Shown: piece after piece, positions 25,200 to 38,074 of the stretch
How positions within the stretch are numbered: position 1 is the first letter of the stretch
Layout: each line of letters begins with the position of its first letter
Source of the DNA: Phoronis australis
Lineage: Eukaryota; Animalia; Phoronida
Direction of reading: 5' to 3'
Assembly: GCA_002633005.1 (NCBI GenBank)
Contig: NMRA01000207.1
Location: 578,828-642,827, forward strand
DNA length: 64,000 nucleotides
Translations under genes and position numbers: made by a program
The notes under the pieces: model-generated
The model's input: only the letters and a program-made list of their open reading frames with translations
Databases searched by the model: none
Told to the model about the DNA's origin: nothing

Positions 25200-26638
25200 A
25201 GGAGATTGTCACCCGGTTTAATTCGTCTTTTTAACCGTCTTAATCGGTCTATATCCACATCGCTTCTTATACGGTCGACCTCACCTTGCCGTGAGGTGTC
25301 GCGTTAACCTGTGAGGAAGGTGAGAAACGACGCAGCGACATCAGTGGTTCATCTGCCGAGTGAAAGCCACTATATTGCGACGCATCGTTCCCGCTTGTCC
25401 GAACTATGAAGCTGTGAAGAAAGCGGGTGTATCGTTTTTTCGACTTCCTCGAGAGCCCGAAATGCTTAGGAAGTGGCTCGCGATAGTGAAGAATGAAAAG
25501 TACGCTCTTAATAGGAAGTATAAGGCCGTGAAACACCTTCGTGTCTTTGGCCGGCATTTCGTCAACAGTGATTTCTCTGACGAACTCCAGCTTATCAAAG
25601 AACTGTCCATGCGTTCTGCTGCCTGTGCATGTTCACGGCGCCTCTCTAGTATTTCTTGATCTTGATCGGTGTATTCCGGTGAGCTCTCTTAGTCGCCAGG
25701 CGAGTGCCATGTAGACGTTTATTATTCTGCGTTCTGTTTCAAAATGAATTATTCTTACCCTAACCTATGCTGAAACAAAATCTGTCTCATTAGATACAAT
25801 TTGTAATGCCTTTGAAGTATTTGTGAGTGCAAATGTTTTGAGAAGCCAGTTGGGGGAATCTTTATTTAGATATACAAATACATTATTCTAATCATTGTAT
25901 CCTTTTCCCTGGCGGTTCTGTGGAAGGGGAACCTGACTTCACGGCCCCCAACAAGTAAGTAGAATTTCAGTTTCGTGGCTTATTCACCTAAATAATTACG
26001 TGTACATTATTTCTTTGGCTCACTATTATGGGCTTTTCGTAACTGGATGTTTAGTTTCCAAATTAAGCTGGTTTATGTTCATGATGTCCAGTCCCGGCGG
26101 CCGCGACGGGCCTGAACGGGTCCCGAGCCACTGGCGGGGAGTAACAAACGTTTTGTGTGTTTAGAACCGAAAAAATCGCAAGTCTAAAAGTACAACACAC
26201 AGCTACGTTCCCTCTCTGTATTTCACGGAAGAATGATTCGAATTTATCACCAAACAGACCCAAACTCCAGCGATCGACCATGGTAAATTGGCCAGCGAAC
26301 TCTGTAAGCTAAGGTGCGTTCAACTACCTATAAATCCCTAACAGTGAAATAAAAGAACACGTTTGTTCAAGAACTCGATGTATTTGTAAGGGGTTTACGT
26401 CGAATTTTGATGATGATTTATTGATGTAAAACGACGAATTCAAGCAATAAGTCGACACCAGTAAGCGCGTTGTGAACGGCTGAACATACTGCGTTCGAAC
26501 CGATTACATCATTGGTTAATTTCAACAACTCCGTCTACCGTTAGGTCTCAGGTAAAACAACTGAACTTGCTGTTATCGAGTGGAACTACTCTATCTAAAT
26601 TGACACAAAATAGGTTGTTTTTTGGGTGGCATTCTCCT
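25200..26638 (+). mobile_element. Non-autonomous Kolobok-type element with degenerate THAP remnant (ORF 25360-25659)
   Basis: TTAA|AGGAGATTGTCACCC ... GGGTGGCATTCTCCT|TCAA (imperfect TIR, degenerate TTAA TSD). VPACPNY...FFRLP......RKW...LRVFGRHF resembles the THAP at 54876 but has lost Cys ligands. Confidence 0.7.
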
Positions 26639-27176
26639 TCAAAGTATTTATTCAGACAGTGCTTTGCATTGCGCATGCGCATTGATTCCGAGCGTGCACT
26701 TTACTAAAGTACAATAGCTACCATGACAAGGGATCACGCAGACATTTCCCAATTTTGACTCACAATGGCTGAAAATTACCAAGTATTTTCTAAAGGCTTC
26801 TAGTCAGTAATGTACTTTTGGTTAATAAGTTAACCCGAAGTCGTCTCTTCGGCAAAACGTATTGCTACACTTGTGAACCCATGTGCATGCTAAGCTGCGG
26901 CCATATTCGGAATTAGGCGCTTGTTGATAGGCGAAACAGCTTTTAAAATGACATGAGTAAAACAAGATTTGCCTGTTACAAAACGTATTCAATTTAATAT
27001 TAACTTAACTATTCAAAAGTGGTAAAATTAGACCAATCAAATACAGCCAGCTCAAAACACATACACGCACACAAGGAATGTCCGTCAGTGTCTAAAACGA
27101 AACTTACATGGATGAGCATGCCCCAGAATGCGAAACACTTATCAGTAGATTTTTCGTAGTTGTAAGAACCCATTAT

Positions 27177-28614
27177 AGACCTAATTCACGCGGCGGACAT
27201 TAAAATCCAAAGCGAGGCTCACTGAGAAAAACAAAGCAGAAGCTGACATTGTGTGAGTTAAATGGCCGGTCTTTCGAGTCCAACGTGGATATTAAATCTT
27301 AAAAATGTGTCGATAATTAACCACATAGACGTAGAAAAAATACATTAGAGAACAAGTCAATGCACCAAAGAGTTGTCTGACGAAAGGGTATGAGTTTTTT
27401 TCGGAAAACTAGAATCGAAACGTAAAAAATAAATATGACCAAATTGCGTCGATCGTAGTGTTACGGATTAGGTGCAGGATTACGTTTCTTCTTTTAAATT
27501 GTTGATAATGCTTCCTACACGAACCAGGTCATCTGCTCGTATTGTTGACGAGTTGAAGATATATTCGACAGTGGTGGCTCATCACGTTTTGCTGTGATGT
27601 GTAATTAGTCATATCTGGTTTAATTTGTTGATCAAGCATAGCCTATGTCCCGATGATGTAGGGACTACCGGGATTAACAGTTGATTTGTCATTGATCTGA
27701 AAAATAATTGATCTTATTAAATGTGTTTTTTATTAAAATAAATAACCAGGCTCTTAATTGAAAATAAAATTTATTTGACCATCAGTTCTACTTTCTTGGT
27801 TTTAATAATTCTGACGTCTATTTTATGTGTTGAATTTTAAAATTAAAACACCTAATACGTTCATCCAAAGCATAATCTGGTTTTAGAGCTTATAGAACAA
27901 GCATAGTTATCATGTTTCTTCAGGGGCCTCGTTCATCCGATGGGAAGGTGCCTGTGCCTTCTGAGAGGGGAATTTTTTTGCCGAGTGAAGGGAAAAATCT
28001 ACCTCCCGATCACTATCAATAGCACCCCCGCACTACTGCAAGTTCACATAGCCTCTGTCTCAAGTAGCATTTTGTGCTCTTTCAAATTGTCACCTGTGTG
28101 GTTATGTGATTTGAACTTCGAAGAGAAATTTTTAATCAGTGGGGGAATTTTTAGGCCTCGTGGGAGGGAATTTCGCGTGATTTTTCAATGTTTTTGAGAG
28201 GGAAACAGGGCCGATATTCGGCCCCAAAATCGAGGGAGTGAGGGCTCTGTCCTTTTAGGAGGGAAAATGCATCATGTTTCAACCCGTAGTCATGAAAACA
28301 CAGCCTGGCTGACCGAAGATTCTCCGGTCGTTGCTATGTTGCTCGGCAACCGAGATGTGACAAAATATGATCTAACTTTTCGAAAACAGTTATAAATTTT
28401 ACACGGATACATTTTCCTTCGTCTGGGCGTGTGGCAACTACCCAACGCTTCCGAATCTCAACGTCCTTAGGGATTGTAAAGCAGACAGTGGAGTGTCCGT
28501 ATTTTTTCTACCCGTTCGAGCAACGGAATACAGCTACTAGTGCCGATAAGCCAACCGAGCTATCGTAGCGAGCCTCGTTTTGGAACGCGCCTCTTATCGG
28601 CGTGAATTAGGTCT
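27177..28614 (+). mobile_element. ~1.44-kb non-autonomous DNA transposon (AT TSD, ISL2EU-like termini), copy 1
   Basis: TIR AGACCTAATTCACGC/GCGTGAATTAGGTCT flanked by AT; collinear with 60025-61786 and 63274-63835. Confidence 0.85.
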
Positions 28615-29229
28615 ATTGCGGGCATATGTAAGCTTATGTACCTTAAGAAAGGCTTACATTCAAATCAAGATTGCTTTCTCGCCCGCAGCTGGCCGCATAT
28701 AAGGTAAAACACTCAAAAACAGTTGATTTCCCATTTAAAAATAATTATTTTACAGTCAGAACAAAAAATAGTTACAACAATATAAAATTGTAATTGTTGA
28801 TGATGCGTGTGCAACCTAAATACATGTATGTGACTCGGCGTCCTACATTCCCATCTCAGCAGTGAGAGGTCGTGGTGCATGGGAGACCGACTACAAACTT
28901 TTAAGAACGGCCCTAGAATATGCTGCTGCGCGCACAGGCATTCTTTTTATTACATGCTGCGTTGCGTTCCCAATACCACACGAGTCTGGGACAACTCGCG
29001 CCTAGTACAAACGGTACATCGATTAATTAGTGCTGGCTGGCCACCTACCTATTTTTGACGACGCGGGCTCAAACAGCAGAATCGTAGCAAAGACTCGTAC
29101 CATCACGAGAAACACTGAAAAGAAATGACCACGTGTTGAGATTTCTCGAATGTCCAAGAGATTTCTGCTGCAGGTGAAGAGTCCTAGAAGACACTGCAGT
29201 CAGCAGTCCAGCTCTGGCTTTCCGACAAC

Positions 29230-29680
29230 CGGGCTCGCTTCACTTTGTTACAGTATTAGTCAACATTGCAAACTTCAACAGAGCAGCAAATGGGTGGTCA
29301 ACAGACGGTTAAAAAATCATGGCTGTCCGCTTAGCAAATTAAGTTTCAAAAGACTACGGGCATTATTTTCAGTTTGCGGTCTGCCTCCCGATAGTCACGT
29401 TTCAGCACATTACCATAGGTGTCTGTCGGCGCCTTCGGCAACACGCGATTTTGACAGTCACGTGACTTTCTGATCTGCTTGAAATTTGCACATAAGCAGA
29501 TACGAAACAGTGCCGATGTATAATCTGAAGGTACGAAAATACCCGAGGAGTCCCGGATGACCCCTGTCCGGCTAACAAACGCTTCCTCGTCTATCGACAG
29601 CGAAATTCCAGGGTCAGGGCCCTGTCTGTACTCGGAACTAGCCTGACTGGAAAACCGACCAACTGCATGGCACACTTTGA
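29230..29680 (-). pseudogene. Possible degenerate piggyBac-like transposase fragment
   Basis: PGISLSIDE resembles the piggyBac first catalytic Asp motif, and LPKAPTDTYG resembles Y.PxKP.KYG. Heavily disrupted; no termini found. Confidence 0.4.
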
Positions 29681-32600
29681 CTTAAAAATACAATTTGTTC
29701 CTCGACTAATGAGACATGATTGATAAAAGTTCTATAATCACCCTTATTGCTTGCAAAAAAAAACAAAAATCCAACTAGGACTTTTCAAACAAAATCAGTT
29801 TCGTGACATTCCATACGTGGATAAGATGCAATTTCCATTACAAGAACAAGTCACAGACAACGCGTGCATGCGCCATTTCCGAATTCACAATGCATGGCCT
29901 GGCCTAGCCAGCCTGCTAGTTGCATGAAGACTATCGTCAAAGTACAACTAGGTAGCGACTGTGGGTTGAGCTCCGACGGACCACGAAATTGTACACAGCC
30001 TGGGAAGTTCTGCTCGTCACCTCGCCGTCAAACTTGTATCAACATGTAGAGCTAAAGACCGGCGGGAGTGCATGCAAAATCTGGGAGTCAACCGACGCTC
30101 ACCTTGCCCGTTGCAGTCGTTTAAGTGAAAAAAAAACAATGTAATAAACGCCATTTTCTTGCGTAATTATCCGCCGTTTGCAACAATGAAAAGTATGTCG
30201 TCTTTTTGAAAACAGTACACTTATGTCACGCGCCCCCGACATTTCCTAAATTCTTGCGACATCACTTGGGAGATGACATCTTCACAGCAGCAAAATTTGT
30301 TCTGAAATTCGGTTTGCTGGAATCAAAATACTAAAAACTTTTAATGAAGTGAAACCAGTTTCGATAATTTGTTGAAAACGCTGATTGAAGAATCGGCGAA
30401 AAAAGAAACTTGCCAATAGGTGACGCAATATTGCATGGCGCCGAAAGCCGACGTATGAGATCGCTCTACAACTTCAGCAGCAGAGTATCTAGTCAGTTTT
30501 CACCCACATCGGCGCAAAGCTGTATTTAGTATACAGCTTTATCCCATACACGCGTTGAATCAGTCGAGTGCAATACGGCCATGTAATGTGGTTCTCCTTA
30601 TTCACTCCCGCATTTCTTTAAGAGTGCCCTCTCACATGGACAGTTCAAAAGGTAGGTCAATGTTGACTCGATGTCGTAAGCCCGTTCGACCATAGTTTAA
30701 AGTAATACAGTTGCAGCAGTATAAATAGCACTCAACATGCAATCAGGCCATACACGTAACATCTGGTACAAAACTGTTAATTATATGACACTTGTGTCTC
30801 AGTTTTCAATTGCTAAATATTGTACCGTCTGCAACTCAGGCGGTAACTATATTTATTTAACTACTTTCAAATGTTACAAGTTCTATGCTTAATTACCGCT
30901 GTTTTCAACTTTCTTGTCTCTTTAAATAAGAAACCGTTACATTTAAAACTGTTTCTTCTACAAGAAAACTTATAACACAACGCGGAAGTATATACATATA
31001 TGATGTGATCCGCCATGGGAAAAGTCTGGTGAAGTACTTAAAAATCTGCCGAAAAAAATGAAAGAAACTTAGGAATTCGAAGCGTGTGGGATAAGTACAA
31101 AATGTAGCGAGAATAATGTATCTGGGGATATTACTTCATCTACGCCACTCTCGGTGCGCTTTGTGCACTTAGCCTTGGTACAAAGTTGTATACCAAGTAT
31201 TTTGACGACAGTCTTCATTCAGCTAGCTGGCTGGCTACTTTGTACTAAGTCTAGGGTTGGCCAACCCCAATTGCTACGAAGCATTTTCTTGAGTCGCTGA
31301 TGGTTTTGATGATTTTGCTGGTAACGGAAATAGAATCCTATCGTAGAAAGGAATATTGTGACACCGATTTTTTTAGAATAATCGGCCTAGTTCGAGTTTC
31401 GCTTTTACGTAATTGGCAGTACGAAATACAACTTTACGTTTCGAGTATAAGTCTTTCAGTCGAGTGCAGACCTGGTGGCAACAACTATAACCACTAAACA
31501 CATATTACGTGATGCTAACTTCTTTATAGATTATGAGACTAGAGAAGAGAAGACGAAATATGTGTTCAGCTTCAAGATTAGCAGGCTTGCTTTGTGAATG
31601 TACATGTAGAATTCATTTTGCGTGGCTTTAAAACAATATTCATTTGTATCGCACTGCAAAGAAACGAGTCAATTCGAAGTCTTGGCTTTCTTTCCATACA
31701 AACACACTAGATCTGGCTTCCAGCTAAGAAAGCAGACACTGGGGGTACTGTACATACCATTTTTTTTACGCCATGCATTTTGCATTTCCGTTCGTTTCCT
31801 TGAATGGTATAATCATCGTCAATACCTATACCATGTACTTCTCAGGCACGCAGTGAATGAAATGCCGCTTCTCTCGCATTTCACACACGTATGTCCACGT
31901 GCTTCCGTCACGAAATCGTGGTTTTCAAGCAAAAATTGTTTTTCTTCACTAACACTTAGAGATACCTTTCTTCAAAAGCAATCCTATCCTTTTAAAATAA
32001 ACCTTGTTTCGATTTCCTCTTATTAGATTTCCAGTTTCCTCTTTTTTTCTCTTGTTTGATCATTAGTTTGACTTTATTTGTGCAGAAATGCTTACTTTTA
32101 TTAAATTTTATAACACAAAAAATTATCAGACAAGCTTATATATTTGTGGAATTATACATCACCTGGAAAATTACCTCTTTTTTGTCATTTTTCGTTCCAA
32201 GCTCTGAACCTCAGCTTAGCGCAAACAATTGCTTTGGGTTTTGGTTTACCGCGACACTTTCTACATGGTGAGTAAGATAAAACTGATACTGGTATTACCA
32301 GTTTTAACTTAGATTTACTATTGGATGCTTTTCTTGATTCCTGATATTTTCTCACCCAAATGTCTGCGGTTTGTCTACAAGGTGGTCATAGAGAGGCAGA
32401 TATTAGTAGACACACTTTTGGCTGTCAAAGGTCACCATAAAGCTCCTGTGTAAATTATGTATACTTTGTTCAGTGATGTTTTACTGCTTAGACAATTCAT
32501 ATCCTGCATTTAGACATCTTGAATTGGAGAATGATGGTGTTGAGCATTACTGTTATTTTGAATGGCTGCCTTGTTGGTTAAGTAGTTTTGCTTGTAAGGT

Positions 32601-35411
32601 GTGTATATAAGTCATTGCAAATTCTATGAAGTTTTATACCGGAAAATGTTGTAACTTTTGATTTGGGGCCATGGCCAAGCAATCTGGAAATCATGTCTTT
32701 GTTAAAAGGATATTAAACCCTGTTTTGATAATTCCGTCCAATCTTCATTCTGTCACCTGCTGATGCATCATCGGCGTCAATCACGAAAGACAAAAGCAGG
32801 AAGCAACCAAAAACTTGTACCCCTATATCACAAATTAGACATAATGATCATTTGTCAGTGGTATTTTTTAACGAGTTGTGTGTAATTCGCTAGAAGCGTA
32901 GGTCACGTTTTGACCGTTTAGCAGACCTCGAAAAACCCTCAAAATTTTGAGGGTTGTCAAAGGTTACAGATCACTAATTTGTTGCAGAGATCTGGATGGG
33001 AAAGTCACTTTTAGTATCTTTTAATAGGCCAAAACCGTGTTTGGTATATTTCTGAGTAAGGATTATTTTTTAAGTCTTTGTCTCTAGTCTAGCTGTGAAA
33101 TATAGTTTTGAAAAGTTCTTTCCTTGACTGTTTTTTTTTAATTGGGGCCTGCAAGCCTAGTTATCATAAAGGTAACTAATTTAAGAACGCTCTAGGTTCT
33201 TAATGCATGTCAAAATCCTAATGGACTTTTTAAACTTTACTAAGAAATAAAAAGTTCACACTGACAGTTGTGATTATTAGTGTGGGCGATAGTATAACGT
33301 GTCAGCTTCGTTTAATCGATTTATTCTTTAAGTGAGTACGGTTATCTACGAACGACAAATAAAGTTGGTCAGACAAAAGAACCAAACAATGTTCTCAAAA
33401 GGTTAGGCCTACCCAATAGTCAATATGGCTGGCACACGGGACTCGAACCCGCATTGACGAAACCACCCAAAGCAGCCGTTACAGTTCAACAATTAAATAC
33501 TAAGCATACAATGTCCTGCAGACTATCATGAATAGACTAAACGTAAAGCCTTAACTGAATTACATGTACTTACTGGAGTTTTCCGCGTGACCCAGCTAAT
33601 AATTCCGCATCACAACATGTTGAAGACCAATATTCTAAATGAGCGCTGTAAATGACTGCTCAAGCTAAGAACCATCAAAACGGTACTCTGTTTGGTTAGA
33701 TTACAATGGTAGCATATATTTAGCCAATTATTACCTAGGAGCGGGGGTATACCACAATTACAATGCACTCTGGAAACGTCCTAAGATGTATATGCAACGC
33801 CTATAGTGGACATTAAGTATCCTAAACGAAGAACTGAGGCTCTTACATTAACAGTGATGTTTGTACACTTATTGCTTTAGTTTTCTTAGAAATTGCGTTT
33901 GTCGCCAACGCACACACTGCTAAAACTACGTCACATCTATACTCCCCTTTGTGTACAACGTCACTGGTAGAATACCTCCGTCTAAAACTTTTCAGAGGTT
34001 CATTTTCATGAGTTTTAGATATTACAATTCGACCTCAGTTTAAATCGATAATAAACGGTATTCTAATGTTAAAACAGGAACTTTTTTCACAGCTAAATTT
34101 GTTTTTCCCCTTGAATTGAAACTGGTAACAAGAAACTGCCCAGGCGACTGAACTTAACCTTCATGGTAAGCAACTACAACGTCCAGGTCTGAGTCAATGA
34201 TGACCTGAGGAACAAAATGAAGCAAATTTCGGATCAGTAGGAGAACTAGCTACTCAGTTTTTAAAAGAAGTTGTGGGTTTATTGCCACCAAGCATGGAAT
34301 ACATTTGACACTGAAAAACAGGATACTCTTTGAATGAGTTGTATCTATTGATTTATATCACCGTTACTACATAAACAACGTGACGGTAACAAAGAAAGCA
34401 ACCATTTTGTGAAACGCTTTTAAAAATACCGAACTCTGTTTTATCCTGTTGATAGTTATAAGGCAGTTGAAACACTGTGCACGATTGTCTGTAATCATGT
34501 GACCACCAAATGGGGCTATTCGACAATCTTTACATTACTAGAGGGCGCGCGTGTACTAGTGGTGATAGATTAAGCAGCCTCGATTTCGTGAGCCTTTTAA
34601 ATACATGGTGAAATAGCTACGAGAGGAAGTTAGCATGACCTTATACAAAGGTAATGTTTGTGATTATTTTAACGATTATTCCAAGCTAAAAATACTGATG
34701 CCTATTAATAGAGGTACTGGCCGATGTCGCTTATAAATTAATATGACTGTCATTTTTGTGAAAATTGCATTCTTGATGTGACCATACGAGTGAGGTCGTG
34801 TTTGAACATGTTATTCTTACTGCTAATACGCAAATAATGGGACTCAGGATTTTTAATTACTCTTAAACAACAGAAAGATTATCCATCATTTTTCAAGTGA
34901 CACAAGTTTTCATATTCCTCTATTAGAAGAAAAATAAAAAATCTGAGAAACAGTTCCCTCAGCCTTAGACCAAAAGTGTGCTTGACAGACCCATGAAATT
35001 GCAATCGGTGTTTGTAATTGCTGAAAGTATCACAATTCAAATGGCTTGAAAATGGTAACAAAGGTTTGAAGTTGGCTCAAATAACTTGCATATTTTGTAG
35101 ATAAGTGATACGTTTAAAGCATTGTCATGGCTAGGAATGAAAAATAAGGACGCAGTTCTTTACAAGTCAATACTTATTGCATTATATACACCCTTGCTTT
35201 CTGGAAATAGTAATTGTAAAGTGAAATTGTAAAGCAGTTTTCATATCATATTTTTGATAAACAAGGGCAACGTTTTTGATCCAACCGGAAGTACTTAATT
35301 ATTCATGTTTCAACATTTGTTCCAGGTTCAGTGACATTTTTAAGGCCACTTCAAGCTGCAATATATACAAGCTTTGTTACTCCTTTCTCTCTGCATCGCA
35401 CAATATACAAG

Positions 35412-35810
35412 CCAGCGGCCCTGGAGAAATTTGAATCGCAGTATTAAGTTACCATACGAAAATGTGTCTGTGGATTGTTTGTGTGTGAAGAGGAACTATA
35501 TCTGACAACTACACCAGTCAGCCTCATTGGCGAGGATGCCATTTCATAGGCAATGAGTCGTGTGTGGACAATAATGGCTTATTTCCTTTCCTGGAAGAAA
35601 CATGAGGGACTGAAGCTAAAGAAGACCTAGTAACACTCAGGTCTAGTTGAGGGTCAGATTTTGGTCAAAAAGCGAGTCAAGGGATATGATGTTGCTGTGT
35701 TTACCTTCAATGATCTAATTGTGGACTTTATTGAGGCTGGACGATGTTACATGAAGGAAAGCCACGCGCCAAAGCAGACCTTTTTAACAAGCGCTTCTAT
35801 AAGCCATTGA
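35412..35810 (+). pseudogene. YqaJ/lambda-exonuclease-like remnant
   Basis: AALEKFE...CGLFVCEEELYLTTTPVSLIGEDAI (cf. CGLFV....LGASPDGL). After a frameshift: LKLKKT...VEGQILV...YDVAVFTFNDLIVDFIE. Contains stops. Confidence 0.7.
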
Positions 35811-36659
35811 AACTCGATCCCAGTGAAATGAAAACCAAAAGCATCTGGTATAAATACCTGTCCTTTATCACTGAGTGACATTAACTTTTCCTTTCAGTCC
35901 ATAATCAGTGATATCAAGGGCTGACTTTCTGAATTGAGAGGTTCAATTCCCTCAGGTTATTGTTGAAGGACTGCTTTTCACTTTGTCGAAAGGTAAAATA
36001 GATGGTAAGGCGGCTGGTTTCTGTCATTTTCTCTCACCTGTAGCAGAAAAATATTAGCAAATTATAAAAGAAAACACAAGACAAATGAAACAACTTTTGT
36101 AAGGCAAAACCTACTTGACATTCCATCTTCTTAAGACCTGAAAATATATGAAACACGCTAAAAGTGATTTAAGAATGTGTATTTTTCATGACACCTAAAA
36201 TGTGTTTTTGATCTCAACAAAGAAAATTCATTCTAGGTGTCAAAATTTATTCCAAAGCAATGTTACAATTTACTGAAGAGCTCATTCATGTTAGTTCGGT
36301 AACTAATCTGGCAGTCCTGGGGGTGCATGGGGTCCGCTATAAATTAGGGAACTCACTCATCTAGAGAATTTTATTGGACATAGCATAGTTTTGTAAAGTA
36401 ACTGCTGTGAAAAAGTCACCATTGACTTCTGAGCGGCATGTCCCATACACCTCTCTTATATTGGGAGCACTCCCACCCAGGGCAACATGTGGATATGTGC
36501 TGCTAGCCTACCATCCGGGTCCTGGTGAGTTTCTGAAGAGAAACTCTATAGTTCCACTGAATAAATCTGTTATTCCGCGAGGTAACTGGTGGGCATTACA
36601 TCACTGAGCGATGTCGATAGAAACTTAATTGCTAAAAACTTACCAAATAACGTGATTAT

Positions 36660-36860
36660 ATGTAGTCTCTCGATGGAAATGCATAGAGCACACACACAGG
36701 GCGTGAGGCTTCGGCATCCACACACTTTTTGTCACTTGGTGGACCCTTTTGACCGCAATTCTTCACGCCTGTAATAACCTCAGTTCTTTTGGGAATTTGT
36801 AACCACCTGTCGAAGACTTACACGCAGGAAAAGGCTTAGCGCGACGTGGTATTTTGATAA
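36660..36860 (-). pseudogene. THAP domain remnant of the ISL2EU-like transposase
   Basis: PACKSSTGGYKFPKELRLLQA*RIAVKRV...WMPKPHALCVCSMHF; the conserved THAP Trp codon is mutated to TGA. Confidence 0.75.
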
Positions 36861-38074
36861 TTCGTCTTTTTACCAGCTGTTTATATTCAGACGGCGACAC
36901 ATGCGCACTGAATTCATTCCCCACTAGTACAGCAGCGACACCGCGTCGAATAGCCCCATTTAAGAAGTAACTTTTTGCTTTGAACATGATCGAACTTCTA
37001 AAAAACATAAACTGCAGTTGACTTTTGTCTTCGAATAATTGGTATCTACTATTAATACACATGTGACCCCGCCTCAGTTTTTTTTGCTTTCAGTAAAACA
37101 ATAGAGATATCAGCCAACCAAGTACCATTTAAAATCATCGCTTGTGTTTTTTGATGGTTAACATCTGCAGTGGTCAAAGCAAAATAGCAATCTGAGACAT
37201 CGTAATATTTTATCAATAAGGCATAACATCAGAGCAAATTTACACACTACTATATGTTCAAAACTGTTAAACATGTCAAAAATCAAAAGGACGGCCGATA
37301 AAGAATTACCTTGCATTAAAATCCATCGAAATTGCACATTTGACGTCTTGATAATGCATTTATGAAATTTTGAGTAGCAATGGAAAATGTAGACAACACG
37401 GTATGTTATTAATGATTTGGGGGAGTGGTGTCAACAGAGGTTGACATTATAGCCACTGGGTCAATGCTGAAGCGTTTGGAATAAGTTATGTTTCACTCAT
37501 GTTTTTTGTAAGTCAACTGAACGTCGATCGATTGTGCTTGACAAGTTTTTCTTCCGTCAGTTGGTTTCTGTGCATTATGGGTAATCCACCCACTTTTTAT
37601 CAATTTTAAAAATTAGCAGTAAATTAACGGAAGTGCATGACTGTATTTTTTGAAAAATGTTTAATTTTAGTGATAACTTTCGACTGGCAAAACTCATTTG
37701 TGTTCAAAGCAGGTGAAAGTAAAGGAAACAGTATCTTTAATGTGTAGCTGAAACTCTCAACTGTGGTCGTATTCTCACACCACGTCGTGAGCTGTCAGCT
37801 CAGTAATCTTTCACGTGAGAGGGAGATAACTCAGCTTGGCTTGCGGTTGTCCTTAGACGTATACCAACCCAAAAGGCGCAAATTATTACTATTACGTGAA
37901 TATATTATACATGCACAATATCATCAACGAGAACAAAAGTGTTTCTCTGACTTTCAAGGTTCTCTCTACAGTTATACTGCTCCCCAAGCAAACGCAGAGT
38001 CATATTTGTCTGCGCCAGTCACGCCCCAGTGCTCTTATCGAAGTCGATAAACATGATTTGTATATAGTAGTAGG

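Larger units (their letters stand above)
34512..36957. mobile_element. Internally deleted ISL2EU-like element: YqaJ exonuclease remnant (+) convergent with THAP-transposase remnant (-)
   Basis: AT|GGGGCTATTCGAC ... GTCGAATAGCCCC|AT (13-bp TIR, AT TSD); subterminal gtactagtgg/ccactagtac; coding remnants listed separately. Confidence 0.8.

Noticed and set aside
32330-32600. Possible SWIM-like coding remnant
   Set aside because: Too degenerate to support, and outside the TIR-defined 34512-36957 element.
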